This document shows positions 58,194 through 64,000 of a stretch of DNA of 64,000 bases, in pieces. The notes under the pieces are model-generated. The model saw only the letters and a list, made by a program, of their open reading frames with translations. It ran no database searches and was not told where the DNA came from. Each line of letters opens with the position of its first letter. The stretch's first letter is position 1. The position numbers were made by a program, and so were the translations under genes. The DNA is taken from positions 8,719 through 72,718 of the forward strand of contig JAUXTO010000025.1 in the NCBI GenBank assembly GCA_030679255.1. Direction: 5' to 3'. This DNA comes from Candidatus Gottesmanbacteria bacterium. Lineage in GTDB: Bacteria; Patescibacteriota; Microgenomatia; UBA10105; UBA927.

Positions 58194-59153
58194 TTATATT
58201 GTAGCACGAGCAGGAGCGAAATTTTTTTGAAGATATCGCGACAATATTCCGTTTCCCATTTTTGCTTGAGCCCTCTCAAGATCATCTTGAGTTGGTGGTG
58301 TTATACCATCCCAATCAGCAATTGCTTTTTCGGCAACCATCCTGAGATCGGGACCACCTGACCAATGTTCCAGGATGTGACGGGCTTCCTCAAGCTTCAT
58401 CGTCGGGAGCGTTACCGGACCGGTATCGGGAATATAGACATGAAAATAGCTGTAGGTCTCTATTTTTTCGTCATCACGTGCAATATCTGGCCTGTGTAGT
58501 CTTTTTTCTACCTTTCTATTCTCGACAAACCCTCTGCTCGAGATCCTTCCTTTTTCCGCGTCATCTTCACGCAGCTTAAGATTGGCCGCCCAATTGCCGC
58601 TATTATGAATTTCTCCGGTGCCCCCCATAAGTGTTTGCACCCCCAAGGCAATGGCAACTCCTTCTGCAGATTGATGTATATAGGGCTGTTCACTGCCCCT
58701 CACAACGGTTTGCCATTGCCGAGCATAACCCTTTTTTGGACTAACGACAAAATGAAATCCCTTGACATGGGGTTCTTTTTTGATAAGAACAAGATCAAAT
58801 GCATCATTTTCCCACAATTTATAGGCATGTCCGAGCACTTCAAAAACGTCCTTTCCCATTGGTTTATCTCCGTACGAGTCAAACAACGTGAGGTCTCGGG
58901 CATACGATTCCCACTTTGGGAGATACTTTGTGAATAATCGTCTCAGATTAGTAAAGTCGTACTGTGTTTTCTCAGGATGTATGGGTGCAACCATTCGATT
59001 GATCGTATCAACAGGCCGCCGCCATGACGCGGTATTGAGATTCCTGCCATAGATAGACACCTGAGTACCATTTTTTTCTATTCGGGTATTCGCCCACGGC
59101 TCGGTCGTTACCCCGCTTTCTGCAATCGCTTTTGCAACGCCAAGTCCAACCAC
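58194..59153 (-). CDS. Hypothetical protein, possibly divergent HIT fold
   Basis: GFHFVVSPKK, HNSGNWA, YFHVYIP. Confidence 0.55.
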   Translation of the reverse strand: MVGLGVAKAIAESGVTTEPWANTRIEKNGTQVSIYGRNLNTASWRRPVDTINRMVAPIHPEKTQYDFTNLRRLFTKYLPKWESYARDLTLFDSYGDKPMGKDVFEVLGHAYKLWENDAFDLVLIKKEPHVKGFHFVVSPKKGYARQWQTVVRGSEQPYIHQSAEGVAIALGVQTLMGGTGEIHNSGNWAANLKLREDDAEKGRISSRGFVENRKVEKRLHRPDIARDDEKIETYSYFHVYIPDTGPVTLPTMKLEEARHILEHWSGGPDLRMVAEKAIADWDGITPPTQDDLERAQAKMGNGILSRYLQKNFAPARATI

Positions 59154-59326
59154 AAAACGTTGAACTATTGCCTTGGGGATGTATCCTGCCCATGAAGTCC
59201 CCTTACGACAACGTGCAGACCTTCTTTGAGTGGAATGTTGGGCGGATTAGGAAAAATTACTTCAGTCGTTTTTCCGACTATCGGATGCACAATACCATGT
59301 TCTATACCATTCATGAATGCAGTTGT

Positions 59327-60496
59327 TTAACTTTTTTTACTGAATTTCTCATAGATATGGACAAACTTCCTCCCGATGATCTCCCACGAAAATTTTTCCT
59401 CTGCAATCCGCCGGGCATTCTCGCCCATTTTCAGGCGCAACGGCTCATTATCGAGTAATTTATTTACTTTCTCCACAATCTCCTCGCTATTTCTCGCGCG
59501 GATAAAGAGTCCGTTGACGCCTTCCTTCACTGCGAGTGGGATTCCGCCTTTGCGCGTCACGACGACCGGCGTGTTACACGCCATCGCTTCTAAAATAACT
59601 AGCCCCAAGGGCTCATCCCAGACGGACGGCGCGACGAAGACATCCGCCCGCGAGTAGTACGGCACGAGCTTTTTGACACCAGCCCCCAAGTGCCCCACCC
59701 AGTGGACGTTGGTCAGACCCAAATTCTGCGCTTTCAGCTTAAGTTTCGGCAGTTCCGGCCCGTCGCCTAGGATGACGACCTCTCCATGGATGCGTTTAGC
59801 CGCCCCGATGAGAAACTCGACCCCTTTATACTTCGTGATCTTGCCGGCAAACACAACCACCGGTTTCCCATGAAGGTTCAGCTCGCGATCGACTTGCGCA
59901 GCACCCGACTCACTATAGACAAATTTATTGATATCCACACCCCCCGGGATCACGCGGCATTTTTCATGAAAGTATCCATGGAACACCCGCAGGAACCAAT
60001 CGCGCGTGTAGCCGCTATTGGGAATGATGCGCGACGTGCGATACATCGAATAGTACGTGGCTCTGCCATACCGCCGGTCTTTCTCGATCGTCGGAAGTTC
60101 CGATCCGTGGATGGTCGTAATGAAGTTGATGCCGTACATATCCTTCACAAACGCTGCCGCCCAGGTGAACGGAAACGCGTGATGGACGTGGATGATGTCC
60201 GGATGAAAGTCTTCGACTGCTGTAATAGTCGCATCAAGAAATGTTTTATATATAAGCGCTACCTCAACGTTCGTCAGCTGCGTATAAAATTTACAATCCG
60301 GCCACTCCGGGTGTCCGGTGAAGGCGACGGGGAACGGAAGTTTCACCGTATAAAGTTTCGCTTTATCTATCGGCCGGTCATCAGGAGCGAGAATGGCGAC
60401 TTTATGCGTCCGCCCTACCACAGAAGCCAAATGCCGGGCATAGGTCCCCGAGCCGCTCCCCCAAAAAGGAAATGTCTGTAAATAAAGTATGCGCAT
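59327..60496 (-). CDS. GT4 glycosyltransferase
   Basis: GSGSG, TIHG, KGV, EPLGLVILEAMAC. Confidence 0.92.
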   Translation of the reverse strand: MRILYLQTFPFWGSGSGTYARHLASVVGRTHKVAILAPDDRPIDKAKLYTVKLPFPVAFTGHPEWPDCKFYTQLTNVEVALIYKTFLDATITAVEDFHPDIIHVHHAFPFTWAAAFVKDMYGINFITTIHGSELPTIEKDRRYGRATYYSMYRTSRIIPNSGYTRDWFLRVFHGYFHEKCRVIPGGVDINKFVYSESGAAQVDRELNLHGKPVVVFAGKITKYKGVEFLIGAAKRIHGEVVILGDGPELPKLKLKAQNLGLTNVHWVGHLGAGVKKLVPYYSRADVFVAPSVWDEPLGLVILEAMACNTPVVVTRKGGIPLAVKEGVNGLFIRARNSEEIVEKVNKLLDNEPLRLKMGENARRIAEEKFSWEIIGRKFVHIYEKFSKKS

Positions 60497-61256
60497 TGGT
60501 TATGATTATACACGAGCTCCCACCCCGCGGGCTAGAAGGGATCATACGAACCGAGATTTGCATAATGATGCAAAACCTACTCCGGATTGCTATAATAGCC
60601 CATCTTGTATTTCTATGTGGAATCCCAATTGGTTACGCCCCTCCCCAATTATTGACCATATTAAAAACCAATATCGGACTGGTCTTCGCCCGGATGGGTG
60701 TTTAGGATATCACGGTACAAGCATACAAACACTCCAGAATGTATTAGAGACTGGTGTCGTACCTGGAGTCACTGGAAAAGAAAATCCGACACGTTTCAAC
60801 CGTCCGCATAACGGCGATCTGTATTTCTGGCCATCAGATTACGAAGAATTAGATCAAAATGCTATTGCCCTCGCGGCTTCATACGCTACGGCGATAGCCC
60901 AAAGCCATGCTTTATTACAGCTTCTGAAGCTTGATGCAACACATGATACATACGCCAGAGCAGCACGGAATATATTACGTGATTCTCCTGAATTTCAAAA
61001 TGAATATATGGAAATGTTAGGAGTATCTCTGGACCCATCAGCGCTACAAGAATATATGCGACAGGCAATGCAGTATAAAGGCGTGGTAATAGGAATTAAC
61101 TCATATGCACAACTCAAGTATCATGTCGTTGATGTAGAACCTGACGATGATGGTTGCCGACTGGAAACGAATGGTGAAGGTCTACCGTATCATTTCATCC
61201 ACGGAATTGAGGCAATGGGTCCGATGGAACGGGAATTTCTCGATACACTCGCGTGA
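60489..61256 (+). CDS. Hypothetical protein with ADP-ribosyltransferase-like YHGT motif (true start probably downstream)
   Basis: GYHGTS...LETGVVPG...GDLYF. Confidence 0.55.
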   Translation: MRIGYDYTRAPTPRARRDHTNRDLHNDAKPTPDCYNSPSCISMWNPNWLRPSPIIDHIKNQYRTGLRPDGCLGYHGTSIQTLQNVLETGVVPGVTGKENPTRFNRPHNGDLYFWPSDYEELDQNAIALAASYATAIAQSHALLQLLKLDATHDTYARAARNILRDSPEFQNEYMEMLGVSLDPSALQEYMRQAMQYKGVVIGINSYAQLKYHVVDVEPDDDGCRLETNGEGLPYHFIHGIEAMGPMEREFLDTLA

Positions 61257-61371
61257 CTCTGTATATCTCCACCTAAATCTCCACCTCCAGTGTGGCAGAA
61301 CCTCGCCAGCTATTATCTCTTCTTGTCTTGTATGTTGCAACCCGCGACCGCATTTTGCAATGGACATATGG

Positions 61372-61907
61372 AATAACCCCGACCATACTTGACAAAACAT
61401 AATTAAAACTTTTCATATAACACCACGGCATCCCGTTTGACATTTTGCATAAATATACGATATTCAGGAGAAATATCGCCCACGCCATCCGGATCCTTGT
61501 ACACCTCCGGACGAATAAAATGAAACTCACACGGTAAAAATTGGGCATGCTGCCCCTTTTTATACCTAGCACGCCTCATGATTTCAAAAATGGCATCAGT
61601 GAATTCGCCAGGATCATCGGTAACGAACCCAATGTCAGTATCCGAACACTCATACTGAAATATACTGTATTTTGCCTCCCCACGCGCTACAGATCCAAAC
61701 AATACGATCTTGACGACTTTGGGGCATTTATTTCCTACGCCAGCTGCGGCTTCGGTGAGTGTCTCCGTTATCCACTCATAATCATCAGCAGTTAAATCCC
61801 ATTCTGAAATGTTGCCTGATGAATCCCTCCATTCGCTGATTCCCATTCGGAAATTATACCCTATAGCATATTAATTTCAAAATAACCCCGTCCATACTTG
61901 ACAAAAC
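61372..61907. repeat. 27-bp direct repeats bounding the MNT gene
   Basis: AATAACCCCG(A/T)CCATACTTGACAAAAC at 61372-61398 and 61881-61907. Confidence 0.85.
61403..61846 (-). CDS. Minimal nucleotidyltransferase (MNT) domain protein
   Basis: LFGSVARG...SDTDI. Confidence 0.8.
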   Translation of the reverse strand: MGISEWRDSSGNISEWDLTADDYEWITETLTEAAAGVGNKCPKVVKIVLFGSVARGEAKYSIFQYECSDTDIGFVTDDPGEFTDAIFEIMRRARYKKGQHAQFLPCEFHFIRPEVYKDPDGVGDISPEYRIFMQNVKRDAVVLYEKF

Positions 61908-61991
61908 GTGGTGTGAGAGAGGCTATCCAGAATATTATCCGATCAACCGAACTCATATGAATCGTGAAACAAATGCTATATACTGTCCGAG

Positions 61992-62426
61992 TTGCGAACT
62001 GAGACTATGGGATTATTCGAATACCTCCATAATATATGGTCATCACCAGGGGACTCGATACGAGATCCCCTTGATATAATAATTCAAAATGCTCAACCAG
62101 ATGAACTTGAGTCTCTTCTCCCACAGTTGTCTGGGAGATCCTGGAAGGAACTACAAAAACGATTCGAATATTTATTTATGAGTACTGAAATAGCGGAACA
62201 CGGACGTATTGCTGACGCTCTAGAATTATGTGAATATACGTTGATGCTACAAATATTAGACGACCCGGATGCGCCGCCACAAGTTCGACGAGAGGCTGAA
62301 AAGTTCGCTCAACAAATAAAAAAATTGAATAAATATTATGCGCTTAAATTACCAGAACCAGATGATGAACGCGCATGTATAGTGGTGAACGGTGAAACCT
62401 TGTTTATCGATGATATATTTTTATAA
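61992..62426 (+). CDS. Hypothetical protein (ORFan)
   Basis: Helical acidic ORF with upstream TATACT. Confidence 0.5.
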   Translation: MRTETMGLFEYLHNIWSSPGDSIRDPLDIIIQNAQPDELESLLPQLSGRSWKELQKRFEYLFMSTEIAEHGRIADALELCEYTLMLQILDDPDAPPQVRREAEKFAQQIKKLNKYYALKLPEPDDERACIVVNGETLFIDDIFL

Positions 62427-62449
62427 CAGTACGTCAAGAAAACAATGAT

Positions 62450-63430
62450 TTAGCTTCGCCAAGTTTGACTTGACGAAGCTAGCTTTTTCCCGAGCACCAG
62501 CCAAAGGAATTGGAGCAACCGTAGTTGTCTCCCAAACCGCCAAGGTTCAATGACCAGCCGCCAGAGCCACTCGAGGCCAAGCGATCGGAAAAAATGCGGT
62601 GCGCGGGGCACTCGTCCGGCAATGATGTCAAAACTGCCGCCGACGGACATGAAAACGATGCTTTTCCTGTCATCCCGGGCTTGACCCGGGATCCATTCTT
62701 TTTTCTCTGGATTCCGGCTCAGAGGCCGGAATGACAAAATATGGGCAAGCTGCTCTATAAAAAATTCCTGCTTCGGTGCCCCCAACCCCACGAAGACGAT
62801 GCATATCCTTGTTTTTCTTATCTTTTCAATAATATCTTTCGTGTATTGGTAGTATTTGAGTATTGTCCCGCTGCTGTTTCCGATATTTATTGGATTACAG
62901 CAGCGTGGATCCCGCTTCGCGGGAGTAGCATTTGACATTGGTAGTATTGGCATTTCCTCCGGCTCCTCCGCCCACCCCACCAACCCCGGATACTTTATTT
63001 TCAGTTGCCCGAGCGCCTCCTGCGCCACTCCATCTCTCCCGCCGATGAGCGCGACCGGCCAACCCTTTGCCGCGGCCATCGCCACCAGATCTTCCATAAA
63101 CTCCACACCGGGGATTCTTTGCAAACCTATGTCCTGAGTCTTATGTCCTACGTCCTTCCCAAGAAAACGCAGCGCGGCGACAAGACCTATCCCGTCCGGG
63201 ATTGCCACATCAGCACCATTAAGGATCTCAGCAAAATGTTTATCGGTTTGCGCGGCGATGATCTGTTCCGGATTCGGTGTGACAATAACGAGGGGTTTCC
63301 GGTTTTTATTGGATAATTGGATAATTGGATAATTGGATAATTCTAAGTACTTCCGTACATGTTCTACTATTTCATCCTTTGGACTCGCCGTCACCGATAT
63401 TCCGAGTATTTTTGTTGATGCCAACTTCAT
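62450..63430 (-). CDS. WecB/TagA/CpsF family glycosyltransferase with several repeat insertions
   Basis: VTPNPE, PDGIG, RIPG, VGLGAPKQE, VGGSFD, RAP, GLEWLWRL. Confidence 0.92.
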   Translation of the reverse strand: MKLASTKILGISVTASPKDEIVEHVRKYLELSNYPIIQLSNKNRKPLVIVTPNPEQIIAAQTDKHFAEILNGADVAIPDGIGLVAALRFLGKDVGHKTQDIGLQRIPGVEFMEDLVAMAAAKGWPVALIGGRDGVAQEALGQLKIKYPGLVGWAEEPEEMPILPMSNATPAKRDPRCCNPINIGNSSGTILKYYQYTKDIIEKIRKTRICIVFVGLGAPKQEFFIEQLAHILSFRPLSRNPEKKEWIPGQARDDRKSIVFMSVGGSFDIIAGRVPRAPHFFRSLGLEWLWRLVIEPWRFGRQLRLLQFLWLVLGKKLASSSQTWRS

Positions 63431-63491
63431 AGTAATTGTTCTGTTGGTAGTATTTGTAGTATTTGATTATTTGATGATTGGTAGTATTACT

Positions 63492-64000
63492 TTATCGTTT
63501 ACTGATGCTCCTCTTATAAAGTTCAATATTCTCAAGAGCGACCCCGGTGCCGCGTACGACACAAAGAAGTGCGTCTTCGGCAACATGACAGGGCACCCCC
63601 GTCATTTGAGTAAGAAGTTTATCCATATTGCGCAGTGTAGACGTTCCTCCGGCCATAACGATACCTTTATCGATGATGTCTGCCGCAAGCTCCGGCGGTG
63701 TTTCCTCAAGCGCGGATTTGACGGCCCCAACGATGAGCAGAAGTACCGGCATGATGGCCTCCGTGACCTCGCCGCGTGTGAGCTCAATCATCCGCGGCAT
63801 ACCGGTGTAGAGGTCCCGCCCCCGGACTTCAATGCTATCCTGATTTGTCATCCCAGGCTTGACCTGGGATCCATCTTTCTGGACCCCAGCCTTCGCTGGG
63901 GTGACATCGGGATTGCCCATCGCATCCCCAATCGTCACTTTGATCGTCTCACTCATCCGTTCGCCGATAATCAGATTAAATTTTTTCTTTACAAAACCGG
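63492..64000 (-). CDS. mreB: Rod shape-determining protein, 3' part
   Basis: VRGRDL.TG.P, LEETPPELAADI, CVVRGTG. Confidence 0.93.
   Translation of the reverse strand, partial: GFVKKKFNLIIGERMSETIKVTIGDAMGNPDVTPAKAGVQKDGSQVKPGMTNQDSIEVRGRDLYTGMPRMIELTRGEVTEAIMPVLLLIVGAVKSALEETPPELAADIIDKGIVMAGGTSTLRNMDKLLTQMTGVPCHVAEDALLCVVRGTGVALENIELYKRSISKR

Overview
Chromosomal segment, most likely of a Patescibacteria/CPR bacterium (Microgenomates-like; inferred from the truncated RF1, leaderless-looking gene starts and gene content). It carries housekeeping genes (dnaB, hisS, rpmE, prfA, htrA, ctpA, rpsF-ssb-rpsR, ychF, cysS, recR, prs, galU, secE-nusG-rplK-rplA-rplJ-rplL, mreB), a histidine operon lacking hisA, three type II TA pairs, sugar/glycosyltransferase genes, a REP-associated tyrosine transposase (RAYT) and many AT-rich ORFans. 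The main findings are four. (1) The his leader combines a His-His leader peptide, a tRNA-His cloverleaf abutting the hisG Shine-Dalgarno, a 15-bp leader:tRNA complementarity and an anti-SD segment, which together suggest a tRNA-folding/processing attenuator. (2) At least five palindrome families plus 7/8/9-mer repeats are inserted in frame in about ten conserved proteins. (3) A two-copy, covarying two-hairpin element flanks the secE-rplL cluster. (4) Inverted microsatellite hairpins fill stop-start junctions, and several single-gene cassettes are bounded by direct repeats. All calls come from motif recognition and manual alignment; no database search was run.
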